Notes: generated by a model from the sequence alone, not told the origin. A stretch of DNA of 64,000 nucleotides from Candidatus Latescibacterota bacterium (GCA_964291625.2 OZ220089.1:4224001-4288000); one strand, 5' to 3'; positions 10,126 to 19,398 are shown, counted from the stretch's first letter. Translations and numbers: made by a program.

Positions 10126-12812
10126 CGAGCAGGCAACAGGCCCGGCTCGAGCGGGAGTGGGAGGAGGTCAAGGAGTACCGCGACCTGCTGCAGCCGCCCG
10201 ACCGCTTCGACGAGGGCTTCACCATGCGCACGATCATCGGGGTGCTCTTCATCTCGCTGATCATGACGCCGGGAGAGATGTACCTCGGCCTGGTCACCGG
10301 CGGGGGCATCGGCGCCGCGGCCCAGTGGGTGACGGTCATCCTCTTCCTGGAGGTGGCCAAGCGCTCCTTCACCTCCCTCACGCGGCAGGAGATCTACCTC
10401 CTCGTCTACGTGGCCGGCGCGCTGGTGGTGCGCGAGGAGGGCGCTTTCCTCGACCTGCTGTGGCGGCAGTACTTCGTGCGCTCGCCCGAGGCCGAGCAGT
10501 TCGGTGTCTCCGAGGTCCTGCCGTTCTGGTGGGCCCCGGGGCCGGAGTCGGAAGCCCACGGGCTGCGCACCTTCCTCCACCCGGACTGGGCCTGGCCGAT
10601 CGGCCTCCTCGTCCTCGGCACCATCGTGGGGCGGGTCTCGTGGTTCACCTCCGGGTACGTCCTCTTCCGCCTCACCTCCGACCGCGAGCAGCTGCCCTTC
10701 CCGACGGCCCCCATGTCGGCCCTGGGATCGATGGCCCTGGCCGAGGAGAGCGGCCACGAGAGAGAGACCTGGAAGTGGCCGATCTTCAGCGTCGGGGCCG
10801 TCATCGGCGTCGCCTTCGGCATCCTCTACGTCGGCATCCCGACGCTGACGGAGGTCCTCGGCCGGAGGCAGGAGCTGATCCCCATCCCCTTCGCCGACCT
10901 CACCCCCTACTTCGGCAACTTCCTGCCCGGCGCACCCCTGGGCGTCACCCTCCATCTGGGCCCGATCTTCGCCGGCCTGCTGATGCCGTTCTGGTCGGTC
11001 ATCGGCTCCTTCGCCGGCGTCGTCGTGCACACCGCCGTGAGCCCGGTCCTCCACCACCTGGGCCTGCTGCCGCGCTGGGTCCTGGGCATGGACACGATCA
11101 GCACCCAGATCGCCACCGGCATCGACTTCTGGCGGGCCTTCGGGATCGGCATCACCCTGGCCGTCACCCTCATCAGCTTCTACCAGCTGTGGGCCACCCT
11201 GGGCCGCCGGAAGGACCAGATCCAGCAGTACTTCGGCGACGGCGGGACGGCGTATCCGGCCACGTGCCGGCACGACGGGTGCAACCAGCCGTCGGAGGTG
11301 CGGGGGTACTGCCTCCGGCACCTGGGCCGGGGCGACTTCCACATCTGGGCCTGCATCGCCCTCTTCAGCCTCTCCGCCATCTACCCCATCGTCCTCGCCA
11401 AGACCCTCTTCCCCACCCTCGTCGGCGTCGGCCTGCTGGTCACCTTCTGCCTCATCGCCTTCGTGTACGCGCCGATCATGTCCTTCGTCAGCGCCCGCCT
11501 CGACGGCCTCATCGGGCGCGAGGTGTCGATCCCCTACATCAACGAGGCGATCATCTTCCTCACCGGGTACCGGGGCGTCGACGTCTGGTTCGTGCCCTTC
11601 CCGACCCGCAACTTCGGCGGCCACGCCGAGGGCTTCCGCGTCGTCGAGCTGGTGGGCATGCGGTTCACCAGCCTGCTCAAGGCCGAGCTCTTCATGCTGC
11701 CCATCGTCTTCGGCGTCAGCCTGATGTACTGGACCTTCCTGTGGCGGCTGGCGCCGATCCCCTCGGAGAGCTACCCCTACGCCCAGCGCATGTGGCCGCT
11801 GCGGGCCTTCGATCAGGCCCTGTTCCTGTCGAGCACCATGTACAGCAAGACGTGGCGGGCCGGCGAGCGCCTCGAGGACGATCTCCTCGAACACGGCGAG
11901 GTCGCCTGGAGCCCGAGCAACCTGCAGGACGGCCACTGGTGGTACTGGAGGGTGCGCGCCACCCGGGAGCACCACATCCCCGACGAGCTCAAGCGGGAGT
12001 ACGGCCCGTGGTCGGAGACCCGCTGCTTCTACACCGACTTCAGGGGCGGCAACCCGCCCCGGGCCGGCCCGGACCTGCAGGCCTTCGAACAGTCGCGGCC
12101 CCAGGCCGCGGCCACCGACACAGCCGACGGTCGGGGGCGGGCCCCCGGGGCGCTCGAGCCGCCCCCGGCGCCGGGGCTGGTGTGGCCGCCCCACGGGGCG
12201 GTGCTCCAGGGCGGCGAGGCGATGAACCCCAACCTGCGCGCCCAGCTGCCGCTGGCGCCGGCGGACTCGGTCGAGTTCCACCTCGAGATCGACCTGCGGC
12301 CCAGCTTCGACGGCACCTTCCTGCAGAGGTCGTCGGACGTTCCCATGATGTACGAGGTGCTGTGGGAGGACGTGAAGTACACGGGGGACGGCAGGGACGA
12401 CGACGGCGACGGCCTCATCGACGAGGAGGTCAGGAACGGGAGCGATGACGACGGCGACGGCCTGGTGGACGAGGACATCCACCACCCCCTGGGCGGCAAG
12501 AAGTGGAAGATCATCCTCATAGGCGCCGGTTTCGGGCTGACGGCCTACTTCACCCTGGCCGCCTTCGGCGTTCCCATCTTCCTGATCTGGGGGTACGTGC
12601 AGAGCGTCAACGGGATCCCCCACGCCCTGCTGCCGCAGATCATCGGCGCCCTGCTGGGCCGCTACTACTTCTGGAAGCGCTACGGCAAGCAGCAGTGGCG
12701 CCGCTATGCCATGGTGCTCAGCGTCGGCTTCGGCGTCGGCATGGCCCTGGTCGGCATGTTCTGCGCCGCCCTGGCGATGATCAGCAAGGGCGTCTCCACC
12801 CTCACCCACTGA
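10107..12812 (+). CDS. OPT-superfamily-like peptide transporter with inserted soluble domains
   Basis: FDEGFTMRTIIG, DREQLPFP, LAPIPSESYPYAQRMWP motifs; many TM segments; inserts described in findings. Confidence 0.75.
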   Translation: MADQGLTSRQQARLEREWEEVKEYRDLLQPPDRFDEGFTMRTIIGVLFISLIMTPGEMYLGLVTGGGIGAAAQWVTVILFLEVAKRSFTSLTRQEIYLLVYVAGALVVREEGAFLDLLWRQYFVRSPEAEQFGVSEVLPFWWAPGPESEAHGLRTFLHPDWAWPIGLLVLGTIVGRVSWFTSGYVLFRLTSDREQLPFPTAPMSALGSMALAEESGHERETWKWPIFSVGAVIGVAFGILYVGIPTLTEVLGRRQELIPIPFADLTPYFGNFLPGAPLGVTLHLGPIFAGLLMPFWSVIGSFAGVVVHTAVSPVLHHLGLLPRWVLGMDTISTQIATGIDFWRAFGIGITLAVTLISFYQLWATLGRRKDQIQQYFGDGGTAYPATCRHDGCNQPSEVRGYCLRHLGRGDFHIWACIALFSLSAIYPIVLAKTLFPTLVGVGLLVTFCLIAFVYAPIMSFVSARLDGLIGREVSIPYINEAIIFLTGYRGVDVWFVPFPTRNFGGHAEGFRVVELVGMRFTSLLKAELFMLPIVFGVSLMYWTFLWRLAPIPSESYPYAQRMWPLRAFDQALFLSSTMYSKTWRAGERLEDDLLEHGEVAWSPSNLQDGHWWYWRVRATREHHIPDELKREYGPWSETRCFYTDFRGGNPPRAGPDLQAFEQSRPQAAATDTADGRGRAPGALEPPPAPGLVWPPHGAVLQGGEAMNPNLRAQLPLAPADSVEFHLEIDLRPSFDGTFLQRSSDVPMMYEVLWEDVKYTGDGRDDDGDGLIDEEVRNGSDDDGDGLVDEDIHHPLGGKKWKIILIGAGFGLTAYFTLAAFGVPIFLIWGYVQSVNGIPHALLPQIIGALLGRYYFWKRYGKQQWRRYAMVLSVGFGVGMALVGMFCAALAMISKGVSTLTH

Positions 12813-12823
12813 GACAGCCCCGC

Positions 12824-14968
12824 GTGAACAGGGAAATCGCGCCGATCTACCGGCAGTACCTGAAGTCGCGCTCCGAGCCCCTCCTCGAGTCGCGCCACCG
12901 CCTGACGTGGCGGGGGTTCTTCGTGGGGAGCTTCCTGAGCTTCTTCCTCGCCGTCAGCGCCCCCTACGGCAACATGGTCATCAAGGGCGCTTACCTGGCC
13001 GCCGACATCAGCACCCCGGGAGCGATCTTCGTCTTCGTCGTGCTCATCGGGCTCCTCAACCTCGCCTTCAAGCTGGCGGCCCGCGGCAGGAGAGCGGCCC
13101 TCGCCCTGGCCCTCGCCCTTGGGTGCGCGTGGCTCCACGTCTACTGGCCCCTGAGCGATGTCGATGTCCATTCGCCGGGGCTGATCTTCTCCACCTTCGC
13201 GGTGATATGCGGCCTCGGCAACGTCCCCCTGGCGTGGTCCGGCCGCAGCCTGGCCCTCAACCGGGCCGAGCTGATCATGGTCTATGCCATGCTGGCCATG
13301 GTCTCGGCCGTGTGCACCATGGGTCTGTCCGAGCTCATCCTGCCCACCCTCACGGCCATCTTCTACTACGCCTCGCCCGAGAACATGTGGCGGGAGAAGC
13401 TCTTCCCCCACTTCCCCGAGCACGGGATCCTGGTGGACGACGGCGCCGGGAACGCCCTGTTCTACGAGGGCCTCTCCCGGCCCGGCCAGAGCATCCCCTA
13501 CGGCGCCTGGGCCGAGCCGCTCATGTGGTGGGCCGTCTTTCTGCTGGCCCTGTACGCCTGCATGATCTCCATCGCCGTGATCCTGCGGCGCCAGTGGATG
13601 GACCGGGAGCGCCTGAGCTATCCCATCGCCCAGGTCGGTCTGGCCATGATCCGCGGCGAGGACGAGAAGGGACTGGTGAACGGCTTCTTCAAGCGCTGGT
13701 CGGTGCTGGTGGGCATGTCCATGCCCATCGTCGCCGGCAGCATGAGGGCCCTGTGGAGCTACTACCCCTCCATTCCCCGGGTCTCCCTGGACCTGCCGAT
13801 ACCGTACCTGGGCGGCAAGTTCAACTTCGCCCTGGCGGGCTTCACCTACTTCATCGACACGCGGATCTCGGGCAGCGTCTGGGTCTTCTACCTCTTCGGC
13901 AAGGTCCAGAAGCAGCTGCTGGCCACCGCCGGGGTCACGTCGGAGCAGGTGCACTTCCACGGGGTCTACGACGCACCCCTCGTCGGCTACCAGGGGCTGG
14001 GGGCCCTGCTGGTGCTCGTCGCCATGGTGCTGTGGAGGGGCCGCGAGCACCTGAAGGAGGTCTGGCTCAAGGCCCTGGGGCGCGCTCCTCTCGTCGACGA
14101 CCGCGACGAGATTCTCCCCTACCGGGGCGCCGTCATCGGCGCCCTCGGCGGGACCGCGGTCATGACCCTGTGGCTGTGGATCATGGGCACCCCGCTGTGG
14201 GTCTCCTTGTTCTTCGTCGTCCTGGCCATGGCGATCTTCATCGGCATCACCCGGATCATCGCCGAGGCCGGGCTGGCGACGCTTCGGGCGCCGGTCAACG
14301 CTCCGGACTTCGTCGTCATGGGCCTCGGCTCCTCTCTCGTCGGTCCCACCGGCGTCTTCAACATGACCATGGCCTACATCTGGGCCAGCGAGGTCCGCGC
14401 CTTCGCCATGGCCACATGCACCAACTCCCTCAAGCTGATCGAGGACATGGATGCCCGCAGCCGGCGGCTGGTCTCCCTGGCCCTCGTCCTGGCCCTGCTG
14501 ATCGGGACGCTGGGCTCGTTCTGGATGATCTTCCACGTCGCCTACCGCTACGGCGGCGTCAACCTCGATGGGTGGTTCTTCAAGGCGGGGCCGGCGGTGG
14601 CCTACGACAGCGCCGTGCGCAACCTGGAACCCGCCGGCGTCTACTGGCCGGGCATGGCCTTCCTCCTCGGCGGCGGCGGCCTCATGGCCCTGCTCCACTG
14701 GGCCCGCCACCGCCTGATCTGGTGGCCTCTCCACCCGGTCGCCTTCCCGGTATCCGCCGTCAACCTGATGACCTTCACCATCACCAGCGTCTTCGTCGCC
14801 TGGTGCATCAAGCTCCTCGTCCTCCGGTTCGGGAGCGTCAACACCTACCGCTGCACGCAGGGGCTGTTCCTGGGGATGATCGCCGGCCAGATGCTGACCA
14901 TCGGCTGCTGGCTGATCGTCGACTACTTCACCGGCCACACCGGCAACTACCTCTTCGCCTGGGGGTGA
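12824..14968 (+). CDS. DUF6785/DUF6784-like polytopic membrane protein
   Basis: GTG start 12824; LNRAEL, LRRQWMDRERLSYPIAQV, ITRIIAEAG, WWPLHPVAFP motifs. Confidence 0.8.
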   Translation: MNREIAPIYRQYLKSRSEPLLESRHRLTWRGFFVGSFLSFFLAVSAPYGNMVIKGAYLAADISTPGAIFVFVVLIGLLNLAFKLAARGRRAALALALALGCAWLHVYWPLSDVDVHSPGLIFSTFAVICGLGNVPLAWSGRSLALNRAELIMVYAMLAMVSAVCTMGLSELILPTLTAIFYYASPENMWREKLFPHFPEHGILVDDGAGNALFYEGLSRPGQSIPYGAWAEPLMWWAVFLLALYACMISIAVILRRQWMDRERLSYPIAQVGLAMIRGEDEKGLVNGFFKRWSVLVGMSMPIVAGSMRALWSYYPSIPRVSLDLPIPYLGGKFNFALAGFTYFIDTRISGSVWVFYLFGKVQKQLLATAGVTSEQVHFHGVYDAPLVGYQGLGALLVLVAMVLWRGREHLKEVWLKALGRAPLVDDRDEILPYRGAVIGALGGTAVMTLWLWIMGTPLWVSLFFVVLAMAIFIGITRIIAEAGLATLRAPVNAPDFVVMGLGSSLVGPTGVFNMTMAYIWASEVRAFAMATCTNSLKLIEDMDARSRRLVSLALVLALLIGTLGSFWMIFHVAYRYGGVNLDGWFFKAGPAVAYDSAVRNLEPAGVYWPGMAFLLGGGGLMALLHWARHRLIWWPLHPVAFPVSAVNLMTFTITSVFVAWCIKLLVLRFGSVNTYRCTQGLFLGMIAGQMLTIGCWLIVDYFTGHTGNYLFAWG
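14332..14968 (+). repeat. diverged direct-repeat copy of 1..640 (paralogous gene 3' ends)
   Basis: Long near-identical runs, e.g. CTCAAGCTGATCGAGGACATGGA(C/T)GCCCGCAGCCGGCGGCTGGT in both copies. Confidence 0.9.
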
Positions 14969-15015
14969 GGGGCGAGGCGCCGACCTATGTCAACAGGATG
15001 CCACACATAGACTTA

Positions 15016-15047
15016 CGGGGAGCTGCGATGGGCCGCGCAGCTCCCCG
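15016..15047. terminator. hairpin between converging DUF6785-like gene and tRNA-Lys
   Basis: 12-bp stem CGGGGAGCTGCG / CGCAGCTCCCCG; no strong U-tract. Confidence 0.6.
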
Positions 15048-15059
15048 AAGAGCCGGAGG

Positions 15060-15135
15060 TGGTGCGCCCACAGGGACTCGAACCCCGGACCAACTGATTA
15101 AGAGTCAGCCGCTCTACCAACTGAGCTATGGGCGC
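15060..15135 (-). tRNA. tRNA-Lys (anticodon CTT)
   Basis: Reverse strand GCGCCCATAGCTCAGTTGGTAGAGCGGCTGACTCTTAATCAGTTGGTCCGGGGTTCGAGTCCCTGTGGGCGCACCA: 76 nt cloverleaf with encoded CCA. Confidence 0.97.
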
Positions 15136-15153
15136 GGAAGGAAAGCGGCGCCG

Positions 15154-15182
15154 AGTATAGCGGCCGGATGACATTCCGTCAA
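15154..15182 (-). promoter_or_regulatory. sigma70-type promoter of tRNA-Lys
   Basis: TTGACG-17 nt-TATACT on the minus strand just upstream of the tRNA. Confidence 0.7.
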
Positions 15183-15262
15183 CCGTTCCCGGCGCCTGAG
15201 CGTGAATGCAAGTGGTTGTCCTGCCTGACGATATGCATCTCCCGCGGGCCCCCCGGGGTGAG

Positions 15263-15291
15263 TTGACAGTACGGCGATCCGGGTTTAGGAT
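15263..15291 (+). promoter_or_regulatory. sigma70-type promoter for TPR-efp genes
   Basis: TTGACA-17 nt-TAGGAT. Confidence 0.65.
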
Positions 15292-15376
15292 GGAAGGCCG
15301 TTCAAAACCCCCGTGACAGCTGTTGAGGCAGGTCCCTTCGGTGCCAGTCCGCTCGTCCACAGGCTGCTGAGATCTG

Positions 15377-16114
15377 GTGTTCGCGCGCACCAGCAAGGTG
15401 GAGAAGGCCTTTCGGCGTTTTCCCCGGATCCCCCTGTTCGCGCGACTGGCCGAAGAGTACCTGCGCAAGGGCCGCCCCCTGCGCGCCCAGGCCCTCTGCG
15501 AGGAGGGCTGCGAGCGCTTTCCCCGCTACCCCACCGGGTTCTTCGTCCTCGGCCGCTGCTACGAGGCCCGGCGCATGTGGCAGCAGGCCCGGTCGGCCAC
15601 GGATCAGGGGTTGCAGCTCGACCCCGGCAACCTCTCCGGCCTCCGCCAACTCGCCGGGATCCACCGCCGGCTCGGTGAGGGCCAGCGGGCCCTGGAGTGC
15701 CTGCAGCGAGCCTCCGCCCTCGACCCGCTGAGCGCCCGGCTGGAGCGCGAGCTGGCGTCGCTGGCCGCCGAGGTGGGCCCCCGTCCGGAGGCCGCCCCGG
15801 CCCCCGCGCCGCGGCCTCCGGCGGTCCCGCTTCCCGCCCCCGCCCCGGCGCCATCCGTCTCCCGCTTCGGCGCGCCCGGCGATGCCGAGCTGACGGCGCT
15901 GCTGCGGCAGATCGACCGTCCCGCCGCCGGCGGCGGGGAGCCGCCCGGCTCGGGGATCGACGAGCGCGGCCCGGTGCCCACGGTGACACTGGCGCGGCTG
16001 TACGCCGGACAGGGGTTCCCCGAGCGCGCCCTGGAGATCTACCGGCGGGTGCTGTCCGCCGACCCCGGCAACCAGGACGCCCGGCGCGACGCCGAGGCTC
16101 TCACCGCCACCTGA
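15377..16114 (+). CDS. TPR protein with Pro-rich linker
   Basis: LFARLAEEYL, TPR helices, C-terminal TVTLARLYAGQGFPERALEIY. Confidence 0.75.
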   Translation: MFARTSKVEKAFRRFPRIPLFARLAEEYLRKGRPLRAQALCEEGCERFPRYPTGFFVLGRCYEARRMWQQARSATDQGLQLDPGNLSGLRQLAGIHRRLGEGQRALECLQRASALDPLSARLERELASLAAEVGPRPEAAPAPAPRPPAVPLPAPAPAPSVSRFGAPGDAELTALLRQIDRPAAGGGEPPGSGIDERGPVPTVTLARLYAGQGFPERALEIYRRVLSADPGNQDARRDAEALTAT

Positions 16115-16124
16115 GAAGGGAGAG

Positions 16125-16682
16125 ATGGCCGACACCACCAATTTCCGCAACGGCTTCACCCTGCGTCTCGACGGCGCCCTGTTCTCCATCGTCGAGTTCC
16201 AGCACGTCAAGCCGGGCAAGGGGGGCGCCTTCGTGCGCACCCGCCTGAAGAACATGAGCACGGGCGCCGTCATCGACCGCACCTTCCGCTCCGGCGACAA
16301 GGTGGAGGAGATCCGGGTGGAGAGGCGGGAGATGCAGTTCCTCTACTCCGATACCGGCACCTTCCACTTCATGGACTCCGAGACCTACGAGCAGGTCGGC
16401 CTCGACGCGGCCCTCCTCGGCGACTCGGCCGGGCTGCTGCAGGAGAACGAGAACGCCTTCGTCATGGTGGTGGAGGGCAGACCGATCGGCGTCGAGCTGC
16501 CCAACTTCGTGAACCTCAAGGTGGCCCACACCGAACCCGGAGTGAAGGGCGATACCGCCACCGGGGCGGTCAAGCCGGCCACCCTCGAGACGGGGGCGGT
16601 GGTCTCGGTGCCGCTCTTCGTCAATCAAGGCGACACCCTCAGGATCGACACGCGCACCGGCGGCTACGTGGAGCGGGTGTGA
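16125..16682 (+). CDS. efp: elongation factor P
   Basis: QHVKPGKGGAFVR, KPATLETG, VPLFV, IDTRTG. Confidence 0.97.
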   Translation: MADTTNFRNGFTLRLDGALFSIVEFQHVKPGKGGAFVRTRLKNMSTGAVIDRTFRSGDKVEEIRVERREMQFLYSDTGTFHFMDSETYEQVGLDAALLGDSAGLLQENENAFVMVVEGRPIGVELPNFVNLKVAHTEPGVKGDTATGAVKPATLETGAVVSVPLFVNQGDTLRIDTRTGGYVERV

Positions 16683-16813
16683 TGAGGGCGGGAGAGGCCG
16701 TGTTGCCCACGCACGGCGGTTGGAATACGATCATCGAACATTCGGCGAGGCGGCGCTTCGGGGTGACACGGGTCCACGCCGGCGTCGTCTGACCCATCCG
16801 AAGAGGAGCGATC

Positions 16814-17212
16814 ATGGCAGAGTCGGAAACCAGGGTTCCCGAGGACCTCCGCTACACCGAGCAGCACGAGTGGATCTCCCTCGAGGGGGAGCTCGGCACC
16901 ATCGGCATCACCGACTACGCCCAGTCCGAGCTCGGCGACATCGTCTTCGTCGAGCTGCCCGAGGTGGGGGACACGCTGGAAAAGGGTCAGGCCTTCGGAG
17001 CGGTGGAGGCGGTCAAGACCGTGGAGGAGCTCTACTCTCCGGTGAGCTGCCAGGTCGTGGAGGTCAACGAAACCCTCGAGGAGAGTGCCGAGCAGGTGAA
17101 CGCCGACCCCTACGGCGACGGCTGGCTCCTCAAGGTCCGCCTCGACGACCCCGAGGAAGCGGGCGGCCTTCTGGGGCCTTCCGAGTATGCCGAGTTCATC
17201 GAGGACGCCTGA
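16814..17212 (+). CDS. gcvH: glycine cleavage system H protein
   Basis: GITDYAQSELGDIVFVELP, EAVK lipoyl-Lys, DPYGDGW. Confidence 0.96.
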   Translation: MAESETRVPEDLRYTEQHEWISLEGELGTIGITDYAQSELGDIVFVELPEVGDTLEKGQAFGAVEAVKTVEELYSPVSCQVVEVNETLEESAEQVNADPYGDGWLLKVRLDDPEEAGGLLGPSEYAEFIEDA

Positions 17213-17276
17213 ACCACCATCGTTTGCAGAGTTGACGATGTGCGCCGATCCCCGTTGATTCTCCGGGATATATGGG

Positions 17277-17825
17277 ATGATCCGCGCCATCCACCATACC
17301 GCCGCACGCAGGCAGGCCCCCGTCCTCGACGAGGCGGTCCTCGTGCTCAACCAGAACTACGAGCCCCTCAACGTCTGTTCCGTCCGCAGGGCCCTGAGCC
17401 TCGTCTTCGGCGGCAAGGCGATCAGCGTCGAACCCGCCGACCGCCAGGTGCGCTCCGTGTCCGACGCCTTCCCGGTGCCCAGCGTCGTCCGTCTCGAGCG
17501 TTACATCCGCGCCCCCCGGCGCCGCGTCGTGCTGTCCAAGCGCAACATCTTCAAGCGCGACAACTACGAGTGCCAGTACTGCGGGACCGCCGACCGCAAG
17601 ATGACCATCGACCACGTTGTCCCCAGGAAGCACAGGGGCCCCGAAACCTGGGAGAACCTGGTCACCGCTTGCGCCGCCTGTAACGCCCGCAAGGGAGACC
17701 GGCCGCCCGAGCAGGCGGGTCTGCGGCTGCGCCGCAAGCCCAAGCGCCCGAACAACGTCACCTTCATCCGCAACCATGTGGGCGTCGCCGACCACCGGTG
17801 GAAACCCTACCTCTTCCTTGACTGA
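17277..17825 (+). CDS. HNH endonuclease (McrA-like, zinc-binding)
   Basis: VLVLNQNYEPL, RDNYECQYCG, TIDHVVP, WENLVTACAACN. Confidence 0.9.
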   Translation: MIRAIHHTAARRQAPVLDEAVLVLNQNYEPLNVCSVRRALSLVFGGKAISVEPADRQVRSVSDAFPVPSVVRLERYIRAPRRRVVLSKRNIFKRDNYECQYCGTADRKMTIDHVVPRKHRGPETWENLVTACAACNARKGDRPPEQAGLRLRRKPKRPNNVTFIRNHVGVADHRWKPYLFLD

Positions 17826-18585
17826 GCCAGGCCTCCTCGAGTCCGAAGGCTCCCTCGACCCGTACGGCGTCCGGCTAGAGGTCTTCGAAGGGCCTCTCGA
17901 CCTGCTCCTCTACCTCATCCGCAGGAACGAGGTGGACATCTACGACATCCCCGTGTCGACGATCACCGCCCAGTACCTCGGCCTCCTCGGGTCCGAGGTG
18001 CACCTCCTCGATCTCGAGAGGTCCGCCGACTTCGTCCTCATGGCGGCGACCCTGATGAAGATCAAGTCGCAGATGCTGCTCCCCCGCGAGGCCGTCGGCG
18101 AGACCGACGACGAGAGCGGCGAGGACCCGAGGGAGGAACTGGTGCGCCGGCTGCTGGAGTACCAGCAGTTCAAGGAGATCGCCCACTGGCTCTCCGACGC
18201 GGGCCTCGAGCAGCGCCGCGTCTACAGCCGCAGCGGTCAGGCCGACGAGTCCGAGGCCGGGCTGCATCCCGTCTCCCTCTTCGACCTGCTGAAGGTCTAC
18301 AAGCACGTCATCGACAACGTGCCCCGCTCCCTGGTCCACCGCATCGTCGAGGAGCGGGTCACCGTCGAGGAGTGCATCGACCTCATCCTCGGCGCCCTGA
18401 ACCGCCGCTCCCGCCTGCGGTTCCACGACCTGGTGGAGGGCCGCAACCGCCACGACCTGGTGGTCACCTTCATCGGTCTCCTCGAGCTGCTCAAGTCCCA
18501 GCGTGTGCGCGTGCAGCAGGCGCGTCCCTTCGGCGACATCTGGATCGAGGGCGGCCCAGGCGGGGTTGCGGCGGAACCATCGTGA
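17818..18585 (+). CDS. scpA: segregation and condensation protein A
   Basis: FEGPLDLLLYLI, MAATLMKIKSQMLLP, TFIGLLEL; TTG start at 17818 inferred. Confidence 0.93.
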   Translation: MTEPGLLESEGSLDPYGVRLEVFEGPLDLLLYLIRRNEVDIYDIPVSTITAQYLGLLGSEVHLLDLERSADFVLMAATLMKIKSQMLLPREAVGETDDESGEDPREELVRRLLEYQQFKEIAHWLSDAGLEQRRVYSRSGQADESEAGLHPVSLFDLLKVYKHVIDNVPRSLVHRIVEERVTVEECIDLILGALNRRSRLRFHDLVEGRNRHDLVVTFIGLLELLKSQRVRVQQARPFGDIWIEGGPGGVAAEPS

Positions 18586-19379
18586 GCGGATCCCTCGACC
18601 CCGGCGAGTTGCGCGGCATCGTCGAGGCGGTGCTGATGACCTCCGACGCCCCGGTCACCCCCGGCCGCCTGGAGGCCGTGGTGAAAGGGGTCAAGGGCTC
18701 GCAGCTGCGCCAGGCGGTGAGGGAGCTCAACGAGAGCTACCGCGAGGGCGGCCACGCCATGACCATCGCCGAGATCGCCGGCGGTTACCAGGTGGTCACT
18801 CTCAAGGAGTTCGCCCCGTGGCTGCGCAAGTTCCACGACCGCGGCCATGTGCGCCTGTCCCAGGCGGCTCTCGAGACCCTGGCCATCGTCGCCTTCAAGC
18901 AGCCCGTCACGCGCATGGAGGTCGACAACCTCCGCGGCGTCGATTCCGCCGGTGTCGTTCGCAACCTGCTCGAGCTCAATCTCGTGCGCATCGTCGGCCG
19001 CTCCGAGGGCATCGGCCGCCCCATGCTGTTCGGCACCACCCGCGACTTCATGACCCACTTCGGTCTGCGGTCGCTGGCCGACCTGCCCAAGCCCAAGGAG
19101 CTCGAGGAACTGCTGGCCGAGGGCGAGCGCAAGGCTCACGCCGGGGCGGGAAACGGCCAGGTGGAGAGCGGCCCCGAAGAGGGGCAGGGTCCGGAGGCGG
19201 ACCCGCCGGCAGAAGGCCTGCCCGCCGTGGGCGGCCAGGCAGAGGCCGGAGACCGCGCCGAGGGGCCGGACCCGGGGGCGGAGGAGTGGCCGGAGACGGA
19301 CCTGCCCGAAGTGGGCGGCCGGATCGAGGCCGAAGGAGAGTTGCCGGAGGGGGGGAGTGCCGAGGATCGCCGAAGCTGA
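18582..19379 (+). CDS. scpB: segregation and condensation protein B with acidic tail
   Basis: LSQAALETLAIVAFKQPVTR, GRPMLFGTT, FGLRSLADLP; GTGA overlap. Confidence 0.93.
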   Translation: MSGSLDPGELRGIVEAVLMTSDAPVTPGRLEAVVKGVKGSQLRQAVRELNESYREGGHAMTIAEIAGGYQVVTLKEFAPWLRKFHDRGHVRLSQAALETLAIVAFKQPVTRMEVDNLRGVDSAGVVRNLLELNLVRIVGRSEGIGRPMLFGTTRDFMTHFGLRSLADLPKPKELEELLAEGERKAHAGAGNGQVESGPEEGQGPEADPPAEGLPAVGGQAEAGDRAEGPDPGAEEWPETDLPEVGGRIEAEGELPEGGSAEDRRS

Positions 19380-19398
19380 GAGCCCCCGGACAGAGGGC

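Noticed and set aside
6847-12809. Very long antisense ORFs (6847..9993, 9594..12809; also 19905..22904, 22810..25689, 36050..39376)
   Set aside because: Shadow frames of GC-rich genes, with no motifs and fully overlapping well-supported genes.
15060-15135. tRNA-Lys as integration site of the 1-15 kb region
   Set aside because: No integrase and no duplicated tRNA 3' end seen in the window; cannot be excluded beyond it.
16683-16813. Possible glycine riboswitch before gcvH (GGAGAG plus hairpin)
   Set aside because: Lacks the CCGAAG and CTCAGG conserved elements.
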